DNA of 51,308 nucleotides, the filler included, from Bipalium vagum (taxonomy: Eukaryota): the NCBI GenBank assembly GCA_037834085.1. It is 3 parts of 3 records of this genome, joined end to end, with 100 filler letters (N's around TTAATTAATTAA, not from the genome) between each part and the next. Parts side by side here need not be neighbours in the genome. Positions count along the whole stretch, not along the records: positions 1 to 15,823 come from JBBMKC010143611.1; positions 15,924 to 32,436 come from JBBMKC010107423.1; 1 more part is not named here. One strand, written 5' to 3'. This document shows positions 12,501 to 23,779 of this stretch, in pieces. Position 1 is the first letter of the stretch; each line of letters opens with the position of its first letter. The translations under genes and the position numbers were made by a program. A model generated the notes under the pieces. The model was given only the letters and a program-made list of their open reading frames with translations. It was not told the DNA's origin and searched no databases.

Positions 12501-14295
12501 GTTTAAATTATAAAATCTCTTGTCTTCTTTTGAAAGATGCATCCAACCGGAAAGTGTTTTGAAATTATTAATTTTCATTTCTTTTACAAGATCAAGGACT
12601 TCTGTCCTGAATATGTCATTGATAATGATAAGATTTTTAAATCTTTTATGCTGAAACCATTTATAAAATGGTCATCAATATCCTCTTACTTTTGTATAAA
12701 TTCGTTTTTCTCTTTAAAACTAGATTATTTAAATTTAATATATCATAATAATAATTGAGGTGATACATCCCAAAGAGCATTTGTATTCTTTAGCCAGATT
12801 TCTTTGTGAAGTCTTCGACTCACGATATTTAATATTTATTTCCTTCTTGGTGCTAATAGTCATCTGGTTGGCCTTCTTTTTTAGTTTTTTCCATCAAATG
12901 ATAAAAATATGTAAATTTAGGATTTTTAAAATGTTCAAGTTAAACAAAAAAATGTAAAGTATTTTATATAGGAAATGCAAATAATTTTTAAAATCTTAAT
13001 GTTCACGTTCAAAGTTACACAATGTTCAAGTTTAAAGATACAAAAACCATAGTTGTTTAGATCAATATTCACTGAAATAATTTTTGTTCAATTAAAAGAC
13101 GGTTCATGTTAAATAGTGTTTAAGTTAAAGAGATTCAACTGTAATTATTTTATAGATTACTTACACAAAATACTGAAAAATATTAAGTGATAGATTTTTG
13201 AAAGAATTGAAAAATATATATTCAAAAATCAGGTCTAACCAATAAAGAATTGTATCCTCTGCTTTTTATTTATTTAAATAACTCCATTATTTTCAGTTCA
13301 TAACATCTTTAAGTTTTCTTCATGATGAATTTTGTTTTAATTATACTATTAAAAAGAATTTATGTTCCAACATAAAATAATGTTACCATATTCGAATTGA
13401 AACAAAAGTCAAATCTGAACAATATTGGGCAAACCAAATTATAAAGGTTTCCGATGAAAATCATAATTATTTAAGATTTATTTTCATTAATAAGTTTGGT
13501 AAGTTTTATTATTTAATTATTAAGTTTTATAATCACTTTAAGAAGTTATATTATAGACTTATTATTAATAATAATCATCATATGTATTTCGGATTATGAT
13601 AAAATCTCAAATTTTCAAGTTTGCAAAACTATTACTTTAATCTTAAAATTGTGAAGCATAATTGACAATTAAATTTCACGGGGTATTTTTACGTTTTCTA
13701 TTATGAAAATTAATTTGAATAATATAGATGAATTTTTCTTAATGAAAACCCTATATGATTTTTAGAAAAAAAATTAAGTGTTGAACATATACTTTTACAT
13801 AATAAACAAACAATTTCCAGAATTATGATAATCGGTAAGTGTTGAATCAATGTTATAAAAAATGAAAAATCAATATTTTATAAATCATATATAAAGTATC
13901 TTATACAGTACCTTTACGTAAATCTTGAGCCTTTTTTTGTGTTGCAAAAAGAGCAGACGTCCATCGCTTCATATCTGATTCATTAGATGATTTTAAGTGA
14001 AAAGTCTGCATGCTACTGTGGCTTATTACAAATGAGGTAGAGTCAGTTATATTTATTTTAGCATTAATTATATTAATTGTTCCTCGGCAAATATGAACCA
14101 TTTCTGATTGATTTCTAATAAAAAAAAATTTATAAACAATAATCCGATGAAAGAATATAATTTCATATACCTGTAATAAGAAAGTAACCCATTTTGTAAA
14201 ACAAACCAACGCTTTTGATACCCTTTCAAATAGTTGGTCCATTTATACAAATATCCTTTAACATTACTGGAAAAATTAATATTATTTTGTGTCAT
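3526..14295 (-). CDS. OSBP: Oxysterol-binding protein (PH domain, coiled coil, FFAT motif, start of ORD); 3' part not in window
   Basis: Exons 14295-14171, 14114-13912, 12179-11926, 9091-8890, 4183-~3850 (donor uncertain) and 3739-3526, with GT-AG introns. PH: [21 protein letters not shown]; coiled coil ERATIFRV...[27 protein letters not shown]; FFAT-like DEDFYDAFE; ORD start [20 protein letters not shown]. Confidence 0.93.
4918..5873 (-). mobile_element. Degenerate, internally deleted Tc1/Tc3-like DNA transposon with IR/DR-type ends
   Basis: Minus strand 5270-5450 reads [41 protein letters not shown], resembling the Tc3-type FSDEKKFNLDGPDG motif. Right end CACTG|TA at 5869-5875. The repeat AAATTAATTGCCRYAC occurs at ~4930 and ~5103, and inverted at ~5847-5862. 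Confidence 0.75.
6193..6277 (+). rRNA. Isolated fragment (pseudogene) of 28S LSU rRNA 3' region including the sarcin-ricin loop
   Basis: CAGTACGAGAGGAACC (universal SRL) followed by ...TGTGCTTG...TGGCACGAAGCTACATCCGAGAGATT, matching the eukaryotic 28S sequence downstream of the SRL. Flanks are AT-rich and not rDNA. Confidence 0.85.
7439..8302 (-). mobile_element. Merlin (IS1595/ISXO2-like) transposase pseudogene with a 47-nt spliceosomal-type intron
   Basis: N-terminal CSSC...WRC...C...SIRKGSFF zinc ribbon; [29 protein letters not shown] (DDE D mutated to N); [15 protein letters not shown]; NPITN|VHTNT; EFIWRR. Frameshifts present. TIRs not identified. Confidence 0.9.
11450..11670 (-). mobile_element. 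Possible pogo-like transposase remnant (HTH region)
   Basis: Broken minus-strand reading DAVQFGQS... and, across frameshifts, [15 protein letters not shown], resembling CENP-B-type HTH starts. Heavily decayed. Confidence 0.25.
12289..13141 (-). mobile_element. pogo/Tigger (CENP-B-like HTH) transposon remnant in OSBP intron 2
   Basis: Minus strand from ~12894 reads [37 protein letters not shown] (psq-type HTH), then KWFQHKR...[14 protein letters not shown] (Tc5 HTH). Terminus TA|CAGTTGAATCTC at 13143-13130 is pogo-type. No DDD domain and no second TIR seen. Confidence 0.75.
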
Positions 14296-15823
14296 TTTTT
14301 CCACAAATTTCGTATTTAATTCAATTCACTTAGTTAATTCTAACGCATAATTAAATTTTTTCAAATAAAATAAAAACATCATACTAATTAATAAACTATT
14401 ACAGATAAACAAACTGAATCAAATGTATTATTTTAATGATAATAATAAAATTATTATGTTAGAAATTATTTGAAAACTTATTTAAACAGACTTTAGCTCT
14501 TAAATTATTTAATATATTTTATCAGGTATAAATTCAGTTATAAATATATAAATTATATTATTGATTTTTTATAAATATTTATATATACATTTTTTTGTTT
14601 TATGTTTAATATACATCGTTTTAATCGTATCGTTAGTAATGTCCTTTGCACACAACCTCTTGAAATTTATTTTAGAAATTTGGACTTGTGAATACCCCTC
14701 TTAATGATAAACAAGAATTTTTCTCTTTCAGCAATGCTTAATTCATCTCTTCTACTCATATCTTACACTTCTAGGTTACGAAAAAACATTTTAAAATATG
14801 TTTTAACTAAATAACAACTTTAAATATTTTATTAATTATAACTAAAGGAAAGAATACTTACAATAATATTTTATTAAAGAAATAGGGATTTTAACTAACT
14901 GCGATCTTTTAATTGAATAAACAAGTCTAATTTGACTTTTAAATAAGATAATTTCATTAATAATTTCATCCATTAATTTCCTGATTAAAATAAAATTCAA
15001 TAGTCTAATGTATTACTGATATATTAGAATCATAAATTAAAATATAAATGCACTAATTAATATCAATAAAAAATATCAATAATTTATATATGTTTACATC
15101 TGTAATACATAAATTTATACACTGCCTCAAACTTTCTGTCGATAGTGTATATTTGTTTAGTCTCCTGAATATATATAACTTTAAGCTTTAAGATTATTGA
15201 CTTCTCACTTCAACTATTTGAGTGTCCTTACAAAACTGAATCTGAACAATCACAATTAACCTTATTTATTTTAATATAACGGTTCACTAAATCTGCATTT
15301 CCAATTAACCATCTCAAATAAATGTTACCATGTCTTTCAACAATAGTCGAATCTGAAACCTCAAAATATCAATTAATTAAAGAAATTAAGAATTCTCGCA
15401 AAAATTGAATGTTAATAGATGGTTGAATGAATAATTAGGAACAGAATGTATAATTTAAGATAAGACAGTCACTTAAATAATTATCATAAATTGATTCTAT
15501 ATTAGAATTAAATCATGATCTCATTCGTAATAGCTGTAGCATTTTTTTGTTTTAAATGACTAATTTGATCTCAAAGTAATATTAATTTTTAGCTCTACTT
15601 TTGCAACTATATCATATTGTGGAGACTCCCAGGCACAACAGATGTACAAAACGAACTAAATCAACAATGATTCTTTTGTTTTACTTTTGTGATCCTCTTT
15701 GGTGTGATCAAATCTAACTGTGCATGAAATTTGTGCATGAAATTTTATGAAATTTTATTTTCTTTGTTGTTTTAAATTTAAATTTTATGTGTTATTGTAC
15801 AGAAAAGGTGTTTCAATAAAATC

Positions 15824-15923
15824 NNNNNNNNNNNNNNNNNNNNNNNNNNNNNNNNNNNNNNNNNNNNTTAATTAATTAANNNNNNNNNNNNNNNNNNNNN
15901 NNNNNNNNNNNNNNNNNNNNNNN
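15824..15923. other. Artificial contig linker N44-TTAATTAATTAA-N44
   Basis: Exactly 44 N, a 12-nt palindrome with stops in all six frames, then 44 N; identical to 32437-32536. Confidence 0.97.
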
Positions 15924-16033
15924 AAAATATAAAATATGATAATACGTAATAATGGTAATACCTTTAAATTGTTTATAAATTTAAATTTTCTAATTACTCG
16001 GTTTGTAAAATGATTAATTTAAAGAAAAATTTC

Positions 16034-16112
16034 AGTGTTGAATTTAAGATGTAAAGTGTTGAATTTAAAATGTAGTGTTGAATTCAAAATGTAAAGTGTT
16101 GAATTTAAAATG
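16034..16112 (+). repeat. Tandem minisatellite, ~21-bp unit AGTGTTGAATTTAAAATGTAA, about 4 copies
   Basis: Units start at 16034, 16055, 16074 and 16095; ~280 nt upstream of the SRBD1 start. Confidence 0.85.
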
Positions 16113-16388
16113 AAAATGGTATAATTAAACTATAATAATTAAACTATAGAATTACAATATAATAAGAACTTGATTGTGACTTTAAATTAACAATATCTTA
16201 ACAAACATATATAATTCAATAAAATTTTATCTGATAATAATTAATGATATCAACAAACGAAATTCATTATGATATAAATTAACTAAGGTCAAATTTAAAA
16301 GAGTAGATCGGTTTAAATTGTTTAAATAATGTTTTTGATTAATTTTTAAATTTTATTATTTAATAAATATATATACATGTATTCATAA

Positions 16389-19300
16389 ATGGTTTAATGA
16401 AATTTCAAATTTCAATATTATCGTGTAATTTTTTAGGCCAATCCTAAAATTGTAAATTGGAATCTCGAAGAAACTGTTGCAAGCGATTGCAATGTCTCTT
16501 ATGACAAAGCAAACAAAGTTATAAAACTAATCAATGACGGTAGTACAATTCCCTTTATAGCCAGATATCGTAAAGAATATACTGGAAATCTTCCACCAAC
16601 TACTTTACACAAAATTAAAGAAAAAATGGAAGAATGCAAGTATATAATATATTACTAATAACACTAAATTGACATAATTTTCCAATATTGAATGGTATCT
16701 GCAGAAATGTTATAGAACACGTTGAAAAATCTATGAAATCAATTGAAAAAACGGGACAGTTGACAGTAAACGTTAAAACAGCTCTACAAAACTGTAAGAC
16801 AATGGACGATGTGGATTTTGTGGTAACTTTTATTCTATTTTCAATTTCCACTTAAAATATTAATTAAAAACATTTTAAACAATATTCAAGTTGTAATCAT
16901 TTTTTCACTGTCATCTCCAAATTTAGACCGAACCATTCAAAACGAAGGGCCCAAGGTCTTTCGCCAGTCGAGCCAGACAGGCAGGTCTGGAACCATTGGC
17001 GCTCAAGATCTTGCAGGACCAGTCTAACTTCCGCTTGGAAGACTTTGTCCCGCAATCGGCCTTTGGTAAAATATTTTGTTAGCTGATTTCCGTTATCGAT
17101 CTTGAACGGATATTCACATTTCAGTCGAATTCGAAAATTTAGAATCCATCGAAAAGGCTATCAAGGACTTGATTGCCGATGTGTTCTCCAAAGACATTGC
17201 CCTGTTGGACGAAGTGGAAAAGTTGTATGTGTTTATCGTTTGAAATTCTTTTTTGTCTTATCCGTCATTTCCTTATCCGTAGAAACTGTTACAAGACTAC
17301 CGTTCTGGAATCGAGTCTCAAGAAAAAACTTATCAAGCCCGACCCGAAACTGAAGTTGGACGAAACGTTTAAGAAGCACATTAAAAAGCTGGAGAATTAT
17401 CATAGCTTTCGCCGACCGGTCAATAACATGCTGGCACATCATGTAAAATCGATCTCCCTTAATTTTTCCAAAAATTTTATTTCAATATTTTCTGATTAAC
17501 AATAAATTCAAAGTTACCATTTCATATTTTCTTTGAAAGAATAATCTATATCGACCAAATATATCGTGAATTTTCAGTTTAAATTCAAATCTATAGTTCT
17601 ACTAGCTTCATTCTACTTAAAACAGTTTTATATGTTTTCGGCGAGTTTTCTGCGTTACAAGGTTCAAAATATTCAATGTGAAAATATTATTACGTTAATT
17701 TTTTAATTTAAAATTTTTTAAATTTAATCAATAATTTAAATGTATTTTTTAATTTTTGACGAAAAGTTTATTGGTTTATTCTTTAATGATATCGACTTTT
17801 TATTGTTATTTATCGGAAGATTGTTTTAACTTTCAATTTGAAAATAATTAATTTTTTCCCTCTAATTGATTTACCAAATTTTAGACATCTGATCTTTTGA
17901 ATTATGATAACGGATTAATCAATCACTGATCAAAGATCAATATGGCAAAGTTAATTATTTAATTATGTCATAGTTAGGGTCAAAAAATATTGTTATTAAT
18001 TTTTTATTGTGTTTGTCTGATTAAATACAGAATAATATTGGCCTGATCTCTCTCGGTCTCTCTATTCAGGTTATGGCGATCAATCGGGGTGAAAAACTGA
18101 AAATTTTGAAAGTTTCCATCAAATTTCCCCATGCTCTAAAGTCTGTCTTTATCGATTTATGTAACAAGAAACATTTGAAGCAAATTTCCGATCGTTTCCG
18201 CGGCTTCGTTGCCAATTGTGCTTTGGACGCTTACGAACGGTTGGTGCTGCCTCATTTGATCCGGAAAATCAGGTAAAATTGATTTTCGGTTCTCTTTCTA
18301 AATTTTATAATTATTTACTACCATTATTCGATTTGTAAGTGTTTACAAAAATAATTCAATATTTTTCCTGTTTTTCATAGATTTTGTTTTTTTTTAATTT
18401 AAACTTAAAATATTTATTTTTCGTAAAAAAATTTCCAAATTTTTGATTTTTGATTGCTTCTGATTTCAATATAAAAATTATTGATAAAATATTTTATCGA
18501 TTTTTTAACATTTTAAAATTAATTTCTGAGAAATTTTGATTAGATTTATAAAATTGATTGAAAAATTGTATCGATTGATTTTCTTAAATGATTTAAGAAA
18601 TGAATAAAATCGTTTTCTTTTTCAACTTGCACTAACATTAACTTTTAATAGATCTAATATAAAAAATCAATATTGTCAGCAGATATTTCTTATATTTCAA
18701 ATTTAAGTAGATAATTGAGCACCGTATTTTTTAATTTCTCTTATTTTTGTTTTCGCTTTAATTTATAGTGATTTAAGGAATTTTTAGAAATATCAAATTA
18801 TTTTTGTTCTCTTTGAAAATGTTTCTCGGACTTATTTCTGATTTTTCTAATAATTATATTAATTTGTAAAAAATTAGATTTTTTATTTTTATTGTGTTTA
18901 AATTAAGAAATCAATTGTCCAAAAAAGCTCAAAGTGATTCGCTGACCGTTTTCGAGTCTAACTTGCGCCAATTAGTCATGTCGTGTCCATTGAGAGGAGT
19001 TTCCATTTTAGGTATCGATCCCGGTTATTACAACGGGTGTAAAGTCGTTGTTATCGACAAGAAGAGTCAACTATTGGACACGTGTGTGCTGTATTTGTCA
19101 AAGAACGATCAATGTCTAAAAGAAGCCCAATTGACATTTACAGAAATGGTTTTGAAACATAAAATAGAGCATATTGCCATTGGAGATGGTACTGGAAATG
19201 ATATGGTGACGCGCTTCGTCAGCAATCTGATCCAGAGTAGGGCTTTTGGAGATCTGAATGTTCGATATGCTATTGTCAGAGAATGTGGAGCGTCCGTTTA

Positions 19301-22196
19301 CAGCATAACGGCTGAAAGTAACGACGAATTCCCGGATCTTGATGTAAATCTTCGCAGTTCAGGTATTGTATTTTGGGTTTTGGTCATTTATTATTATAAT
19401 AATCGATCATCATCATTATTATTAAGATTAATTAAAAGATGAATTATCTTTATATATTACTAAATCTAAGAATTGGTCTATCATACGTTTTTGATTTTTT
19501 AATATTTCTTATTTATTAAAAATGGATTTTTTTGGTTGCACTTGTTTATTTCATTATTGTCAATTCTTGTTTATTTTAATATTTCAATCTTTATCTTTCT
19601 GAATCATTACATTTCTCAGTGTCCATTGCTCGCCGCCTGCAAGACCCGCTTGCCGAATATGTCAAGATGGATCCCAAGAACCTGGGTGTCGGAATGTACC
19701 AACATGACCTGACCACAAAATCGTTAGTGGACCGCGTCAATGCCGTGCTTGATGATTGTATCAGCTTCGTTGGCATTGATATCAATCACGCTCCTGTGCA
19801 CATTCTCCAGCATGTCAGCGGTCTCGGTATCGTGAAAGCCAGCGCAATCGTCGGATATCGGGAGAAATACGGACCTTTCAAGTTTATTTTTCCCATTTGT
19901 GACTTATCCGATTTTCATTGGTTATTTTTTGTCCTGTCCAGAAATCGCAACCAATTGCTCCACGTGAAGGGAATCGGAGAAAAGGTTTTCGTCCAGTGTG
20001 CTGGCTTCATAAGAATCAAGCATTTGGATTCGGAGAATGTCAATCTGTTTCAATACGAGCCCGATGGGTCAGTCGAATTTTCCAGTTATCGATTATTATT
20101 ATTATCTATTTTTCTTTCTGTCCGATTATTTTATATCGATTTTTCAAACATACAAAAACTGTGTTGATGTGAGATGGGACAGATAACTGAAAATTGGATT
20201 TTTTCGTTGTGAAGAAAATCGTTAATTTTTAACATTTAATCGATGATTATTCGTTTTTTATCAAATATTTTCCTGTTGTGATTTTGGATTTTCAGGTAAA
20301 ATGTCACTTTAGGGTCTGCTTTATTACGCATAAATTATATTGATTTAATTTTAAAAATGCAACCATCAGAACTACTGGAAAGAGGTTCTATTTTTATTTC
20401 ATAACATTCCCCAATTCACAATATGTCTAATTTTTCCATTCATATTCATCCATTTAAAATCAATAGAATTTTTAGATAAGTTTTTTCAATTTCTTATATA
20501 TTGATTTCCAAAATTTCCTACTGAAATGAAATAATTAATTTATATTTTCACAAAATCAATATGTTGCTGTACGTGATGAAAAAATCTTAGCAATAATTGA
20601 AAAATGTCTTTTTATTATCAAACCATTCTTTGTTTCAGTGACGCTTTGATGACGGACTTGTCTTCTGGTCGAAAGAAGCGAAAAATTCCCACAGACATAA
20701 ACTATCTCGACCAGACTGCCATTCACCCGGAATCGTACTGCGTGGCCGAAAGGTAACGATTGTGCCACGGAAATATCGTGATATTTTTTATTCACATTTA
20801 GAATAATCAACCTTTTGAATTTGGAATTGGAGGACATCGGAACGGTGTCGATGCAGCAGGCAGCAAAGAATTTCATGAACAGTCGAGATTGTCAGTTTTT
20901 TATTGCTTGATTTTTTTAATCATTCTATTTAATTGATTTCATTATTTATTATTACTGAAAGTCGATTATCCTAATTTTAAAACAAAAGTCGATTACTATT
21001 ATTATTATTACTGATTATTTTCATATTATTATTAAATTTTTATTTTCTGAAGTTAATAATAAAGAACGAATAAATTAGTAAAAACCAATACAGAATAATA
21101 TTGTATATCAGATAATCGTATTTGTGCGACCTGCTAAATTATAAAAAGACAAACAACGCCTTTTGGAGTTCTTTTGAGAACAGTATGGCGCATGGAATTT
21201 AATTTTATAGTCAAACTCCTCAAGGTTCTCTGTTACTCTTGTTCAAATGATTAGAAAAGCTTGGTTCTGCCTAATCGAAAAGGAAATTCTGAAAAATTGT
21301 TTTGAGGCTCCTCTATTGTCACCTGATGGCACCTCATAATGAACATTTCACTCTGCTGTCAAAAGAGAATTTTCTTCACCTTCGAATGGTTAAGAAACTG
21401 TTGTATCTTCTGCCAAAGTATTTTAGTGAACTTTTCTTGTTGAAATTAATGTTGACAAGTTTTCTTTGTTAAAAGTGATTTATTTTAAAAAATATTGTCT
21501 GTGAGGTGAGATATAATTTGGTCATAAATCTCATTTCACTCTTTATTAGAATCACGAGAAAAGGACATTTCCATTATAATATTCTATATTAAAATAAAGT
21601 ATAAAAATAATACAATTGATTCTTTGAAATCGATCGATTTAAATTATTTTTTAAAATTCATTTGATTGAAATACGAATTTGGATTTTTCTTTACATAATA
21701 TCAAAATAAAAAATTGTGGGAATGATAGCGAGTTTTACTTACATTTAAATTATATCCAATCACTCATCGAATATTTCTAAGTCAGATCTCGATACCTTGG
21801 CCAATTTTCAAACTGAAACCTGCGGAATGGAAACTCTTCAAGACATCATGATCAGCCTGTCACATCCTCTGGAATTCGATGAACGATACAATTGTAAGAA
21901 AAGCAGAATTGTCAAAGAAAAATTATGATTTTCTCTTCGTATTTCCAGTCAGCTCATCAATGTTACGCCAGTCTTACGGAATGTCATGCGATTTGTGTTT
22001 GCAGCAAATCGTGGTGGGATTCGTGTCGAACATTACCACTTTTGGTCTGTTTATCGACATTGGAGTGGAAAGATCGGCATTTGCGCACAAAGTTCCGCCA
22101 GGAGTTGTGATCGGTGATGTTTTGGAATGTAAAATCACTCGAATAAGTCAAGACAAACTTAGTGTGGATATACTGCAAAAAAGGCCGAGATTTTGA
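16389..22196 (+). CDS. SRBD1: S1 RNA-binding domain protein 1 (Tex/YhgF family), 775 aa
   Basis: 14 exons: 16389-16391, 16437-16639, 16705-16822, 16927-17065, 17125-17224, 17283-17442, 18070-18272, 18908-19362, 19620-19881, 19942-20067, 20639-20752, 20802-20890, 21786-21893, 21949-22196 (2328 nt, in frame, all GT-AG). Motifs TIPFIARYRKE, AGLEPLA, AINRGE, YqgF-like LGIDPG...GCK...IAIGDGT, SIARRLQDPLAEYVK, HhH GLG/GIGEK, IHPESY and S1 NITTFGLFIDIGV. Confidence 0.95.
21120..21440 (-). mobile_element. Possible decayed DNA-transposon (piggyBac-like C-terminal) fragment in SRBD1 intron
   Basis: GC-richer patch in an AT-rich intron; broken minus-strand reading ending HAPYCSQKNSKRRC. Weak similarity only. 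Confidence 0.2.
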
Positions 22197-22850
22197 TTGC
22201 GAGAAAAATTCATTGTGTAATTGTCTTTTTCAATTGACCTCCGTCATCAGAATATTATTTGTTAAATTTCTCAAATCTGAGCTGTGTTCTCAGTTTGTTA
22301 TGATGTTCAGTAATTGTAAATTGCTTATTTTGTATAATATATTTCATTGTGTGACGTTTTTTTTAGAAAATTGAGTATAAGATTCATTAAATATTTACCC
22401 TCTTTGTATTTTTCAAAATAATAAAATATTGTGGAAAAAAGATAGTAAAATTTACGTTGGTGTCCAACTGTGTCGAAACCAATCATCCATGGTTCATCGA
22501 TTTTTGGTTTTAATGCAAATGCAACTGTTTTCTTATGTGCCTTAAAATGACTAATGTATAGTACAACTGTAAGGTATACAAAGTACTTCCGAATTGATAA
22601 TCTGACAAATAAACCCATGATAATACTATCCTATAGTTATGGTAAAGGTGGCAATGATTTTTTGGACCAAATGTCTGAAGATAATTTAAAAATATATGCT
22701 GGGATTGGTCTATTGGAATAATAATAGTTTTAAGAAGCTCATATAATAAAAATAAATCCATTTTCTTACAATTATTTTATCCTCAAATTAGCAAGAAAGA
22801 AATCAATAATTGATGATTTGAAAAAATAACCGGATCAAAACTACTGATAA

Positions 22851-22933
22851 TTGGAAATTTTTTTTACATCAGTTGGAAATTTTTTTTACATCAGTTGGAA
22901 ATTTTTTTTACATCAGTTGGAAAATTTTTTTTT
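22851..22933 (+). repeat. Tandem repeat, 22-bp unit TTGGAAATTTTTTTTACATCAG, 3 perfect copies plus a partial
   Basis: Units start at 22851, 22873, 22895 and 22917, with no spacers. Confidence 0.9.
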
Positions 22934-23779
22934 GAAATTAACACATTTTCAGTAAACTACGGTTCTCTATGCCTATTAATGTTTAATTTATTTTTCAGAG
23001 AATTATAATTCTACATATTGAAAAATTGATATTCATATGGCCATGGAATCTATTACTTAAAAAAATGAAGATAGCAGAACGGGAAAATATTTTGTCCGAG
23101 AAACTTGACAATATTAATCTTTAAAAAACTATTTAACAACTTGATAAAGAAACTAAGCCAGATTTATAATAAAGGTGTTTATCATGTATAGTTCCTATAT
23201 CAATTGTACATCTTTTCGTTTTTTTTATTAAATAAAATATATTTGTATTAATTATGGTTTTAAAATTATTGTTGTTCAAAGTTCGAAACTACTTTCTACT
23301 ACTACAATGTATCTAAAATAATCAATAAATATATCTTCATTTTCATGATGCCCGGATTAGGTGCTTTTAGCAATACATTGAAAAGATGGCTGACGAGAAT
23401 TGATTAGTAAGTCGTTCTCAGCCAAATGCGTTCGGAGGTAAAGGGAAGAAGATGGACATTTGCGCTAACTTCTATTAATTGAAAAAACTATTTGCCAGTT
23501 TATTTTCGTTTCAGTTTGTAGATAACCACTAGAAAAATTGGCTTTATTTTTATGCCATATATCGAAAAAAGACCTCAAACCAAGTTTAAAGTATGAAAAA
23601 TAAATCGTAAACATTTAAATAATAAAATGGTTTTAAGGTTATTTTGAATAAGTTTTAATTTTTAATTTATTCTTATTCAAATGATTAATCAATTTAAAAC
23701 TAACAAAATAAAGATGAAAATATATTCTTAACATAATAAGAAATCGACAACAGATAAAAACTATATTTATTTATTTAAT

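Noticed and set aside
15868-15879. TTAATTAATTAA palindrome (also 32481-32492) as a regulatory site
   Set aside because: It is centred in symmetric N runs and is an artificial stop linker.
16437-22196. Bacterial tex gene or recent HGT
   Set aside because: It has thirteen canonical spliceosomal introns, and SRBD1 is a known eukaryotic Tex homologue.
22325-22761. Minus-strand ORFs of 97 and 83 aa as genes or piggyBac
   Set aside because: Only faint motif similarity (KIDEPWMIGF, DIWSKK) and no splice-supported model; left uncalled.
16034-22933. 21-22-bp repeat arrays as CRISPR
   Set aside because: Units are contiguous with no unique spacers, there are no cas genes and the context is eukaryotic.
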